Assembly (NCBI GenBank): GCA_050008535.1
Contig: JBEKML010000001.1
Location: forward strand, 260,633-324,632
Reading direction: 5' to 3'
DNA: 64,000 nt
From: Minisyncoccia bacterium
Lineage (GTDB): Bacteria > Patescibacteriota > Minisyncoccia > UBA6257 > 2-01-FULL-56-20
Both the position numbers and the translations under genes were made by a program. The first letter of the stretch is position 1. The number at the start of each line of letters is the position of its first letter. Positions 38,898-48,002 of the stretch are shown here, one piece after another. The notes below the pieces were generated by a model that was not told the DNA's origin, did not search any database, and saw only the letters and a list, made by a program, of their open reading frames with translations.

Positions 38898-40479
38898 GGC
38901 CGACCTCATCAAAACGCTCTACGCGGACAGGGCGGTGCGGACGCAGATCGTCCGCGAGAGCCATTACTGGTTCTTCAATTTCTTCTTCCCGCATTATGTC
39001 GAATGCGCCCCCGCGCCGTTCCAACGCGAGATGTTCAAGATCACCGAGGACGAGTCGATCAAGCTCGCGGTCATCGTCGCCTTTCGCGGCTCGGCGAAGT
39101 CGACACTGGTCACGATGTCCTACGCGCTCTGGTGCATCCTCGGCGTCCAAGAGAAAAAGTTTGTCCTCATTTTGAGCAAGACCCAGGCGCAGGCGAAGGC
39201 GCATTTCGCGAATATCAAGCGCGAGCTGGAATTCAACGAGATGCTGCGCGCCCACCTCGGGCCGTTCGAAACAAAAGATGATGAGTGGGGTTCCTACACG
39301 ATCGTGCTTTCGCGGTACGGCGCGCGGATCACGATCGCGTCGTCGGAACAGAGCATCCGCGGGCTGCGCCACGGCGCGTTCCGGCCGCAGGTCATTCTCG
39401 CGGATGACGTGGAGGATTTGCAAAGCGTCAAAACGCTCGAGGGCAGGGACAAGGCGCACGAATGGTTTGTCGGCGAGGTGATACCGGCGGGCGACCGGGA
39501 TTCGCGCATTGTCGTGGTCGGAAACCTCCTCCATGACGATTCGCTCCTGAAGCGGCTCGTCAAAGGGATTGAAGACGGCATCCTCACCGGCATTTACAAG
39601 TTCTATCCGCTGGTTGACGCGGACGGCAAAATCCTGTGGCCGGGCAAGTATCCCGACATGGCGGCCGTGGAAAGCGAGCGGAAGCGGGTGGGCAACGAAG
39701 CGGCGTGGCAGCGCGAATACCTCCTGAAGATCATTCCCGATTCGGAACGCGTCGTGCGCGAGGAATGGATTCATTACTACGACGGGCTGCCGAGCGACTA
39801 CAGCGACGATTTCCGTTTCGCGGCGACCGGCATCGACCTTGCCATCGCGGAAAATGCGACAAACGATTATACGGCGATGGTTTCGGCGAAGGTATTCGGT
39901 TACCGGGAGAACCTGCGGATTTTCATCCTGCCGAATCCCGTGAATGAGCGACTCGACTTCCCCGACCAGCTCGAGCGCGCAAAGGCGCTGTCCAGGAGTT
40001 TGGGCAGCGGCGTAGTGACGAAGCTCTTCATCGAGAGCGATGGGTACCAGCGGTCTCTCGTCCAGCAGCTCCAGCGGGAGAACTATCCCGCGTTCGAATT
40101 TCAGACGCGCGGCCATGACAAGCGTGCGCGGCTTTCGATCACGACGAACCCCATCTACAGCGGCACAATCCTTTTCCCACGGCACGGCGCGGAACAGCTC
40201 ATCCAGCAACTCCTTAACTTCGGCTCGGAACGGCACGAAGACCTTGCCGATGCATTCGCGATCCTCATCTTCAAGATTCTGGAAAGCGACACGGGCGGCA
40301 TTACTTTTCCCCGGCCGTACGGTGCCGCCGAGGCGGAGCAGCAAAAGACCCGCGAGGAGTTGGAGCGCGACGCCGATAACGAATTAATAGAGGAAAGCAA
40401 CCGTGAGCGCAGCAAGGGCAACTGGCGAAATTCGGGAAACGGACCGTCGTCCCGCCGCGCCGGTGGCTTCATGTGGTAA
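38872..40479 (+). CDS. phage terminase large subunit
   Basis: Walker A-like VAFRGSAKST, ATPase then RNaseH-like nuclease domain, 535 aa. Confidence 0.85.
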   Translation: MTNNQPASEADLIKTLYADRAVRTQIVRESHYWFFNFFFPHYVECAPAPFQREMFKITEDESIKLAVIVAFRGSAKSTLVTMSYALWCILGVQEKKFVLILSKTQAQAKAHFANIKRELEFNEMLRAHLGPFETKDDEWGSYTIVLSRYGARITIASSEQSIRGLRHGAFRPQVILADDVEDLQSVKTLEGRDKAHEWFVGEVIPAGDRDSRIVVVGNLLHDDSLLKRLVKGIEDGILTGIYKFYPLVDADGKILWPGKYPDMAAVESERKRVGNEAAWQREYLLKIIPDSERVVREEWIHYYDGLPSDYSDDFRFAATGIDLAIAENATNDYTAMVSAKVFGYRENLRIFILPNPVNERLDFPDQLERAKALSRSLGSGVVTKLFIESDGYQRSLVQQLQRENYPAFEFQTRGHDKRARLSITTNPIYSGTILFPRHGAEQLIQQLLNFGSERHEDLADAFAILIFKILESDTGGITFPRPYGAAEAEQQKTREELERDADNELIEESNRERSKGNWRNSGNGPSSRRAGGFMW

Positions 40480-40853
40480 TTAACGCAAACCATAAAAATA
40501 TGGAAAAGAATTTTATATTCAAATATAGTGTCATCCCCATTGGGGACCAAGCGATGTTCGTGCCGTGGTTCCAAGAAACCAAGGAACATTTACTCGCGAA
40601 CGTTATGATCAAAAGCTTCATGCAGAATCGGGAATCCATCAGTTATTTCTGGCATTTCTCGTTGATCATCGAGGTATCAATGGACATGGGATATTTGGTC
40701 GCGCCGACCGTGGTCGAGATCCTCTGGCATCTTTTCAAAGAGGAACTCATTCCGATTTATAGCTTGGTTAACGTTGACCGGGATTGGGTTCCCGAGAGCA
40801 CGCGGCAATGTTTCGCGGAAGCGAGGAAAATTGCAGCAGTGCAAGGCGTCTGA
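40473..40853 (+). CDS. hypothetical protein
   Basis: ORF directly after terminase, same strand; start uncertain (possibly Met at 40500). Confidence 0.35.
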   Translation: MVINANHKNMEKNFIFKYSVIPIGDQAMFVPWFQETKEHLLANVMIKSFMQNRESISYFWHFSLIIEVSMDMGYLVAPTVVEILWHLFKEELIPIYSLVNVDRDWVPESTRQCFAEARKIAAVQGV

Positions 40854-41172
40854 AAAAGACTTAAAAGGCGTTTGGGACAATCTTGACTTTCCCCACCAGC
40901 GCGTCATCCATCAAGTTATGGATGCTCGCAGGAGAAAACTTTTGGCGCAGATCGCGAAGTGCGGCCGGTGCGGCTCACGGCTTGTTCCCGTTAAGAGCAA
41001 ATATAAATCCATCCATTATATTTGCCCGAAAATGAAAAATCGGGCTTGTGAGGGATGCCATATCGGCGAAGAAGAATTTATAAAACAGCTTGCGGCTCTT
41101 TTAAAAAGGAAGAGGATCGAGATAACGCTGGAGGAAAAAGAAACCGGTACAAAGGTCGCAAAAGAAGAATGA
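40774..41172 (+). CDS. zinc-ribbon protein resembling the Zn-beta-ribbon domain of large serine recombinases (standalone)
   Basis: LLAQIAKCGRCGSRLVPVKSKYKSIHYICPKMKNRACEGCHIGEEEFIKQLAALL; true start may be Met at 40918. Confidence 0.4.
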   Translation: MTGIGFPRARGNVSRKRGKLQQCKASEKDLKGVWDNLDFPHQRVIHQVMDARRRKLLAQIAKCGRCGSRLVPVKSKYKSIHYICPKMKNRACEGCHIGEEEFIKQLAALLKRKRIEITLEEKETGTKVAKEE

Positions 41173-41381
41173 ATATCATGGACGAGAAAAACATTTTAAA
41201 ATCCTGCGATTGCGGCTCGACGGAATTCGAGGTGCTCGGCGCGACCTGCACCGTATTCAAGCTCAAGGCGAACGGTATCCTTGAGCGGACGATCACGGAA
41301 GATTTGAGCATAGACGGCGCGATCACTTGCGCCGAGTGCCGACGCGAGTACCAGCCGAAGGACTTCACGCTGATACTTTGA
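41169..41381 (+). CDS. small zinc-ribbon protein
   Basis: CDCGS...CAEC four-cysteine motif; ATGA overlap with the preceding stop. Confidence 0.45.
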   Translation: MNIMDEKNILKSCDCGSTEFEVLGATCTVFKLKANGILERTITEDLSIDGAITCAECRREYQPKDFTLIL

Positions 41382-41382
41382 T

Positions 41383-41751
41383 ATGATGGTTATATATATG
41401 GAGCACATTTTCAAATTCAAACGGGACCGATTCCGCCAAGCGCGCGGCGGCTATTCGCGCTTTTTGGAAATCTGCTGCGAGAAATGCGGGAACATGCTTG
41501 CCATCTACCAAAAGGATGGCCCCGGACCGTTAAAGCGGATGTATATCGACAGGATCCTCACACCGAAAAACCTTGCCGATCTTGCGGGCTTTCCGGTGAA
41601 GAGGCTGCCCCAGTTCACCTGCCCCCGATGCCATCAGCTCGTCGGCATCCCATACCTTTACGAGAAGGAAAAACGCCCTGCGTTTCGGCTGTTCGAAGGA
41701 TCAGTCACGAAGAAAATAACAAAGAAAAGGGCGAAGAACATAAAGGATTAA
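41383..41751 (+). CDS. small zinc-ribbon protein
   Basis: CCEKCG...CPRCHQ motif, K-rich tail. Confidence 0.45.
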   Translation: MMVIYMEHIFKFKRDRFRQARGGYSRFLEICCEKCGNMLAIYQKDGPGPLKRMYIDRILTPKNLADLAGFPVKRLPQFTCPRCHQLVGIPYLYEKEKRPAFRLFEGSVTKKITKKRAKNIKD

Positions 41752-41766
41752 TTCTGAATCGCCCCC

Positions 41767-42792
41767 ATGCCTTCCCCCGACATATTCGCGCGCATTAAAG
41801 CCCTCAACCTGCCGTTTGGGCAATACGTCGTCGTGGGAAGCGGCACGCTTGAGGCCTTGGGCATCCGCCCTGCCAACGACCTCGACATTGCCGTAACGCA
41901 GGAGCTGTTCGAAAAACTTCGCAAAGACGGAAGCTGGAAGGAAGAAGAGCGGTATGGGAAGGCGTTTCTCATGAAATCGGGCATCGACATTATTCTCCAG
42001 CTTTCATGGGACGCCTATCCCACCACCACTGCGGAAGCGATTGCCTCGGCGCTCGTGATCGATGGCGTGCCTTTTATGAGCATTAAAGAACTGAAACGTT
42101 TCAAGAGAGCGCTCGGGCGCGAAAAAGACATGGCCGACATCGCGCTCATTGAAGAATATGAGACGATCGTGCGCGATGTGCAATCTGGAAGAGTATGCAC
42201 ATTCTACGTTGTCCGTCACGGCGAGACCCACGCGAACACAAAAGGCCTTATCCAAGGGCAGTCTGATTTCATACTTTCGGAAAACGGGGAAAAGCAGGCT
42301 GCTAATCTCGCAAAGAAGTTGGGTCAGATCCATTTCGCCGCCGCCTTCTCCTCCGACCTTGTCCGCGCGCACCGAACGGCCGAGATAATCACTCTTGAAA
42401 GAAAACTTGCCATTAACACAAGCCAGCTCCTCAGGGAGCGGAATTTTGGGAAGTACGAGGGTAAGCCGCAAGAATCTTTCAGCGAAGAAAACAAGAAGTT
42501 TTTGGACCAACTCGCCTCACTGCCTTATGAAGAAGGGAAAAAACTCAAAGCAGCCGAAGACATCGAGAACGATGACGAATTGACCGACCGCTTCATAACC
42601 TTCCTGCGCGAAATTGCCGTGACGTACCAAGAGAAAACGGTTTTGGTGGTTACGCACGCTGGCCTTATGCGTGCATTCCTCAAACACATCGGCCATGATT
42701 TATCCAGCAGCTTTATAGAGAACATCGCTTATTTCCGATTGCGCTCCGACGGGATTGATTTTCTTATTGATGAAACTTCCGGCATCAAATAG
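41767..42792 (+). CDS. fusion protein: N-terminal minimal nucleotidyltransferase (Pol-beta-like) domain plus C-terminal histidine phosphatase (phosphoglycerate-mutase family) domain
   Basis: N-terminal GSGTLEALGIRPANDLDIAV (GS...DxD NTase signature); C-terminal VVRHGETHANTKGLIQGQSD (RHG catalytic motif) and later H. Confidence 0.7.
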   Translation: MPSPDIFARIKALNLPFGQYVVVGSGTLEALGIRPANDLDIAVTQELFEKLRKDGSWKEEERYGKAFLMKSGIDIILQLSWDAYPTTTAEAIASALVIDGVPFMSIKELKRFKRALGREKDMADIALIEEYETIVRDVQSGRVCTFYVVRHGETHANTKGLIQGQSDFILSENGEKQAANLAKKLGQIHFAAAFSSDLVRAHRTAEIITLERKLAINTSQLLRERNFGKYEGKPQESFSEENKKFLDQLASLPYEEGKKLKAAEDIENDDELTDRFITFLREIAVTYQEKTVLVVTHAGLMRAFLKHIGHDLSSSFIENIAYFRLRSDGIDFLIDETSGIK

Positions 42793-42863
42793 TGCTCCTT
42801 GACTATTTTCGCTTTTCAGTGTTTACTCTAGACAGAAATTTTACAACTTGGAGGTAGTTTCGA

Positions 42864-43739
42864 ATGCAAGAACTTCTCGATTTAATGACGCAGATATGGA
42901 TTAATTCCGGTCTGCCGACTTTCCGCTTTAACCGATTAACCGAAAAGAAATGGCATTTTGCAATCCGGCAGGAACTTCTTCCTCGGATCGAAATTTACTG
43001 GGCGAACCTCACGTATGCGTTATGTGAGAGGCAAGCCGTAAATTCGGTTTTCGAGGTTCCGTTCGCGGCAACCAACGAAGCCGCCATTATCTGGATTTCC
43101 AAACTGGAGTGCGTTTTCTCGGAACGTGCAGACGTTGATACTTCGAGAGTGCCGAAACCACACATTGTCCATCCGATAATGTTTGCTTTGGGTGGTCCGA
43201 GTGGGGTTGGCAAAACCGCAGTGATCAAAAAACTGAAAAGTGAAATGCCACAGACGGTATTAACTTTCCCCGCCTATACAACCAGGCCAAAGCGCCGCGA
43301 TGAAATTGAGGGCGTTGATTATTATTTTCGCAACAATGCCGATTTCATATCGGCCCGCAAGGATCCTCGTTTTGGCTGTTTTATAGAGGCGCGGGGATTT
43401 TGGTATTGGACAAGTCCGATAGTTATTCTGCGGAGCGTTTGGCATGACTCGGACAAGATCTATGCGACCGTCATCCAGCAACGCCACGAATTAGAGCAAA
43501 GGAGGCGGCTTTTCCCGAAGTTACGCTGGATCTGGCTTAGCGCACAAGAAGAAGATTTGCTGGATCGTCTCGTGGGGCGGGGCGATGAAGACGTTCAATC
43601 GTCGATTGCCTTTAACCGCAAACTGGCAGCGCAGGTTGTCGACGACTTGGTTGATCTGCGCATCACGACAAAATCCGGCGAGCTTGATCGTGTCGCCGAA
43701 CAAATCAAAGCATACTGCTTGAATCTGAAAGGAGCTTAA
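42864..43739 (+). CDS. protein with unknown N-terminal domain and C-terminal guanylate-kinase-like P-loop domain
   Basis: GGPSGVGKTAV Walker A plus TTRPKRRDEIEGVDYYF (Gmk signature). Confidence 0.7.
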   Translation: MQELLDLMTQIWINSGLPTFRFNRLTEKKWHFAIRQELLPRIEIYWANLTYALCERQAVNSVFEVPFAATNEAAIIWISKLECVFSERADVDTSRVPKPHIVHPIMFALGGPSGVGKTAVIKKLKSEMPQTVLTFPAYTTRPKRRDEIEGVDYYFRNNADFISARKDPRFGCFIEARGFWYWTSPIVILRSVWHDSDKIYATVIQQRHELEQRRRLFPKLRWIWLSAQEEDLLDRLVGRGDEDVQSSIAFNRKLAAQVVDDLVDLRITTKSGELDRVAEQIKAYCLNLKGA

Positions 43740-43741
43740 CC

Positions 43742-44521
43742 GTGCAAGCGATTGTGACGATCTGCGATAAGCATTACAAAGTCCTCCTTCCCCTTTGGAC
43801 GGAGAGAATTCGTTCTGTAACTTCAATGCCCGTTGTGGTTTTGGGTTTAGCGGGCGCGGAAATTTCCGCTTCACCGGATTACGAAGTGATCCCGGTCAAT
43901 CCAATCGGCAATCCGTTTCCTACGGAACTGCCCGATCACGCATGCGCTGAAAAGCTGCGTGTCTTCCATCATCTGCCGGAAAAGTTCAGCGAAGTCCTGT
44001 TTGTCGACGTAGATGCTTTGGTGCTCAATGACTTTTGGACGGAGGCGAATTATTTTCAAATCGCCCAATCCGTACTCGTCGCAGCGCCCGACCTCTTTGT
44101 CGGCTACAAGGAAAAAATGGAAGAAGAGTTCAGGCCGTTCGACCCCGGCTTTCGGATGAAGTTTTTTTCCGATGGCCGATACTTCTACTTCAATACCGGG
44201 GTGTTCTTCGCATCACAAAGAATTCACGCCGATATTTTCCGCGCCACCCTAAAAAAGTGGTCGGAGTACGTGGGGTGCGTCGGCAGGTATCCCTCCATAT
44301 TCGACCAGAACATCTTGAATTACTGCCTGATCAAATTCGGCGTCGAGGTTGTCCCCATGCCGGTACAAAATAATTGCCTGCGCCAGTACGATTCGGTTTG
44401 GATTGACGGTTGTTTGCGCTTAGGCGGGGAAAAGGTAAATGTATACCATTTCAACGGCGGCGAGGCGGCCGTTAAGCTACAGCGTTGGCATGAGTTCAAC
44501 CAGAAATATGGAGCGTCGTGA
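43742..44521 (+). CDS. glycosyltransferase family 8-like (GT-A, DxD)
   Basis: VDVDALVLND (DxD), FNTGVFF, FDQNILNY, HFNGG motifs parallel to LgtC/glycogenin. Confidence 0.65.
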   Translation: MQAIVTICDKHYKVLLPLWTERIRSVTSMPVVVLGLAGAEISASPDYEVIPVNPIGNPFPTELPDHACAEKLRVFHHLPEKFSEVLFVDVDALVLNDFWTEANYFQIAQSVLVAAPDLFVGYKEKMEEEFRPFDPGFRMKFFSDGRYFYFNTGVFFASQRIHADIFRATLKKWSEYVGCVGRYPSIFDQNILNYCLIKFGVEVVPMPVQNNCLRQYDSVWIDGCLRLGGEKVNVYHFNGGEAAVKLQRWHEFNQKYGAS

Positions 44522-45189
44522 TGAGCATACCTCAACTTAGCCCGAGCATTGTCTGTTATAACGGCTCCTTCCAGGAAACTGCAAACCTATTAGGTGCGCT
44601 CGGTTGTCAACGGGCGCATATCGATGTGACGATGGGTTACAGCATCCATGGATTGTTTCGTTATGAAAACTTTGAACTCGGAGATAGATTACACTTCGAT
44701 ATGGGAGTCGATCTGCACATCTTCGATTTTCGCCGCCAATGGGAATACCAAGATTTGCCCCTTCGCGAGAACGACTGCGTGATTTTCCATTGGTTTCCCT
44801 GGACTAATCGGCACGAAGTGGAAAAGCTGTTAGAGCGGGGTTTCCCGCGCGGGATCCGTTGCGGCCTTGCCTTGGATTTGCAAGCGCCGCTCTCGGACGT
44901 ACTCCCATTGTTCCCCGTAATTGATACCTTGATGGTCATGGGGATTGAAATTGGCGGCAGGGGAATTCCCTTGAATGAGAAGGCAATTTCGGATTTACGC
45001 AAAGCGAGATCAGCGGCGCTTGCCACGGGTAAGGAGATCTGCCTTGGCATTGATGGCGGTGTAAACGCAAAGACTTTCTCCGAGCTTGCCAAGCTTGCTG
45101 ATACGCTTGTAGTGGGAGGATTGCTCTTTAATGCTCCCGATATTGCTGCCCAATGGTTGGAACTCAACCGTTGGCTAAAGGAGGCGTGA
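44518..45189 (+). CDS. ribulose-phosphate 3-epimerase-like TIM-barrel protein (divergent)
   Basis: SIVCYNGSF...HIDVTMG...DLHIF...VMGIEIGGRG...IDGGVN...VVGGLLF parallels RPE motifs. Confidence 0.55.
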   Translation: MMSIPQLSPSIVCYNGSFQETANLLGALGCQRAHIDVTMGYSIHGLFRYENFELGDRLHFDMGVDLHIFDFRRQWEYQDLPLRENDCVIFHWFPWTNRHEVEKLLERGFPRGIRCGLALDLQAPLSDVLPLFPVIDTLMVMGIEIGGRGIPLNEKAISDLRKARSAALATGKEICLGIDGGVNAKTFSELAKLADTLVVGGLLFNAPDIAAQWLELNRWLKEA

Positions 45190-46229
45190 TGAAAGAACGT
45201 TCAGGTGGAGAAGTTATTAACCTCGTTGTCGGCGAACTGCTGGAAGCGTTCCGCGTCGATCCGGAAAGGGCGATGGTGGTCGGCGTGGCGGGGAAGGTTG
45301 CCAGTGGCAAATCCCGCTTTACGGCAAAATTCTGCAAAACTTTGTCCTCTGTCCTGTCGGGCGAAGTGGTCTATCTCCCATTCGATCTCTGGATTGATCG
45401 CCAGAATCTTAATGCGCCAAGCTATCACGATAGGTTTTTACTCGGCGAATTCGGAGCCGCTCTTGAAAGTATCTCTTTGGGCAGTTTATGGTTTTGTCCG
45501 CGGCACGATCTGACGAAACATGGCTTCAATGGGGCGCAAGCTCAATTGAACTATGAATCCCTGGAGGTGTCGTGGCATCATCGAAGCTTTAGAAAGGTCA
45601 GCAGCCTGCACGAGCTGGCCGATCTCGGAGGCGCTTCCGGCGTTTACGCAGACGCCGATACCCAAAGACTTTACAGTCTCTTCTTACCAAAACGAAACGT
45701 CGCATATGTCATTGACGGCACTCTCGTTTTTTGGCCCGAAGAGATAAAGCCTTACTATCACCGGAAGATATTCATTGCCAGCTCTTGGCCAGAACGGGTG
45801 GCAAGGATGATACGGCGCTTTAACCGGCACGAAGTTTTTGGCAGAACCAACGAAACGGAGCGCGAGTACGTCGGCTTTCTGGTGTCCGAGGCAAAGCAGT
45901 GCGCCGACAATGAGATAGACCAGCAGCTTGACGATAGCATGATCGTCGTCAAAAGTTCGGTGGAAACTATCTCGAATTTGCTCGATCTCCATCATCTTCG
46001 CGGCGAACTGATGCGCGACGGCGATTGCGCTGCGGCTTATGCTCTTTCCCTCGAAGAAGTTGATGGCGCGTTGAAAGCGGCGCGTGAACACCTGGCTTCC
46101 ATTGTCATGCCTGAACCGCTCTCGCTGCTCAGAGAGGAACTCAGCCATCTCATCGAAAGCAAACACTTGCTGTCCATTGAGGGCGTTGATGAGGTGCTGA
46201 GCCAACTGGCGGCAATCTTGTTAAGGTGA
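45189..46229 (+). CDS. P-loop kinase of the phosphoribulokinase/uridine kinase family
   Basis: VVGVAGKVASGKSRF Walker A; ATGA overlap with the previous gene. Confidence 0.55.
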   Translation: MKERSGGEVINLVVGELLEAFRVDPERAMVVGVAGKVASGKSRFTAKFCKTLSSVLSGEVVYLPFDLWIDRQNLNAPSYHDRFLLGEFGAALESISLGSLWFCPRHDLTKHGFNGAQAQLNYESLEVSWHHRSFRKVSSLHELADLGGASGVYADADTQRLYSLFLPKRNVAYVIDGTLVFWPEEIKPYYHRKIFIASSWPERVARMIRRFNRHEVFGRTNETEREYVGFLVSEAKQCADNEIDQQLDDSMIVVKSSVETISNLLDLHHLRGELMRDGDCAAAYALSLEEVDGALKAAREHLASIVMPEPLSLLREELSHLIESKHLLSIEGVDEVLSQLAAILLR

Positions 46230-46308
46230 TTTTTAGGGGTGATTTGATGTTTTATAACGTTGAATCGCCCCATTTTTATACATGATCACATCGTGATATC
46301 ATTTACTC

Positions 46309-46863
46309 ATGACAGATAAAAATTTAAATATGAATCCGGCAGATGAATTATTGCAATGCTTTGATGAACAAGGACGCGCCATTGAACCCCGGCGGCGCGG
46401 AGAAGTCCACACCGAACCTTTGCAGTATTGGCATGGCGTCGTCAATATTTGGGTTGCAGGAATTGATGGAAAGATTTTATGCTCGCGAAGATCGTCTTGG
46501 GTTTCGGGGAATCCCGGCAAATGGCAAAGTTATTTCGGCGGCCATGTGCGGGCAGGTGATTCATTCCGAGAGACAGCCATCCGGGAGCTTCAGGAAGAAA
46601 TTGGACTGTCGGTTCATCCGGATATGCTTTATCTTGTAGATAAAGGGCAATATCTGCCGTCAAAACATTTTTATGAAAGTTATTTATATGTTTTCAGCGG
46701 AAATTTGGACGCGATAAAGTTCAATGACGGGGAAATCGATCAGGTTAAATGGTTGGGCATGGAGGAATACCAGCGAGACCGGGAGAACAACCCAACTCAA
46801 TGGTGTAATGGCCTTTCGCCCGAAAACCAAGCGAGGATTAAAGATCGTCTCCATTTGGTTTGA
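46309..46863 (+). CDS. Nudix hydrolase
   Basis: Nudix box GGHVRAGDSFRETAIRELQEEIGL. Confidence 0.8.
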   Translation: MTDKNLNMNPADELLQCFDEQGRAIEPRRRGEVHTEPLQYWHGVVNIWVAGIDGKILCSRRSSWVSGNPGKWQSYFGGHVRAGDSFRETAIRELQEEIGLSVHPDMLYLVDKGQYLPSKHFYESYLYVFSGNLDAIKFNDGEIDQVKWLGMEEYQRDRENNPTQWCNGLSPENQARIKDRLHLV

Positions 46864-46945
46864 CAATGACTGCAGTTTGAGGTTTACTCTGGAAAGGTTT
46901 GTGAAGGTTTAAAATTTAAAATCGAACCACAGAAAGGAGGGTGTC

Positions 46946-47872
46946 ATGCGTGATCCAAACGATTTTGCCATCGTCACTTCTTATTACAACCCGATGGGCT
47001 ATGAAACCCGGCGCGTCAATTATGATTTATTCATTTCGGCGTTGAGCGGTTTGCGCGCGAACGTCATTACCATTGAATGCGCATTTCCGGGACAGGCGTT
47101 TGCGCTGCCGCCATCGCCTCAAATCATCCAGGTCAAGAGCGAAAGCGTTCTTTGGCAAAGGGAGAGGCTGGTCAATTTGGTCAACGCTTCTTTGCCCCTT
47201 TCGATTAAGTCCGTTGCATGGGTGGATTGCGACTTATTGTTTACCAACGTCAATTGGATTTCTGATGCGATGTCATTGCTCGATCGCTATCCGATTGCGC
47301 AGTTGTTCGAACGATGCATTCGCTTGCCCAAGGGACATCTGTCGTATCAGGGCGAAGGCAAGATATCAACGAGCTTTGCTTCGGTCACCACGAAGAACCC
47401 CGCAGTTCTCGCGCCTGGATCAAATCTAAAACATGGCATCACCGGAGGGGCATGGGCTGCGCGGTGTGAAGTGATCGAGGCTTGCGGATTGTACGAGTAC
47501 GCAATTGTCGGCGGTGCTGACGATTACTTGGCCCATGCCGTTTATGGGGATTTCGATTCTGATTGCGTCAAACGCAAAATGGAATACGATCCGGCGTTGA
47601 TTCGGCATTACCGCGAATGGGCGGAGTTATTTTATTCCCAGACGCGGGGAATGCTTGGCGTGGTGCCTGGCGACGTTCTGCATCTTTGGCACGGCGAATT
47701 GGACAACCGAAAATATTTCGATCGCCACAAGGAACTCCACCGATTGGGATACAATCCCTATCTCGATATAGTAGCCCCTCCGGGGCGGCCATTGGAGTGG
47801 TCATCCCACGCCAGCGTGCCCTTGCGCAATTGGTTCTACGATTATTTCCGGGAACGGAAAGAAGATGGATAG
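46946..47872 (+). CDS. GT-A fold glycosyltransferase (GT2-like)
   Basis: FAIVTSYYNP N-terminal motif and WVDCDLLF DxD motif. Confidence 0.55.
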   Translation: MRDPNDFAIVTSYYNPMGYETRRVNYDLFISALSGLRANVITIECAFPGQAFALPPSPQIIQVKSESVLWQRERLVNLVNASLPLSIKSVAWVDCDLLFTNVNWISDAMSLLDRYPIAQLFERCIRLPKGHLSYQGEGKISTSFASVTTKNPAVLAPGSNLKHGITGGAWAARCEVIEACGLYEYAIVGGADDYLAHAVYGDFDSDCVKRKMEYDPALIRHYREWAELFYSQTRGMLGVVPGDVLHLWHGELDNRKYFDRHKELHRLGYNPYLDIVAPPGRPLEWSSHASVPLRNWFYDYFRERKEDG

Positions 47873-48002
47873 CGACTGCCTCATCGAAAGTAAAACGATG
47901 GGGCATTTTTTATGCGCGCTATCATTTGCAATTATCCCTAAAATATTGTTAAATGCCGGTAGTTCCAGGCATAACTGAAAATTTTCATAGGAGGATAAGC
48001 TG

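Noticed and set aside
38866-40344. 492-aa antisense ORF across the terminase large subunit, and 37337..38143(-) across the ParB-MTase
   Set aside because: The sense-strand genes carry clear family motifs (Walker A; ParB motif, DPPY). The antisense frames are Arg/Leu-rich without features.
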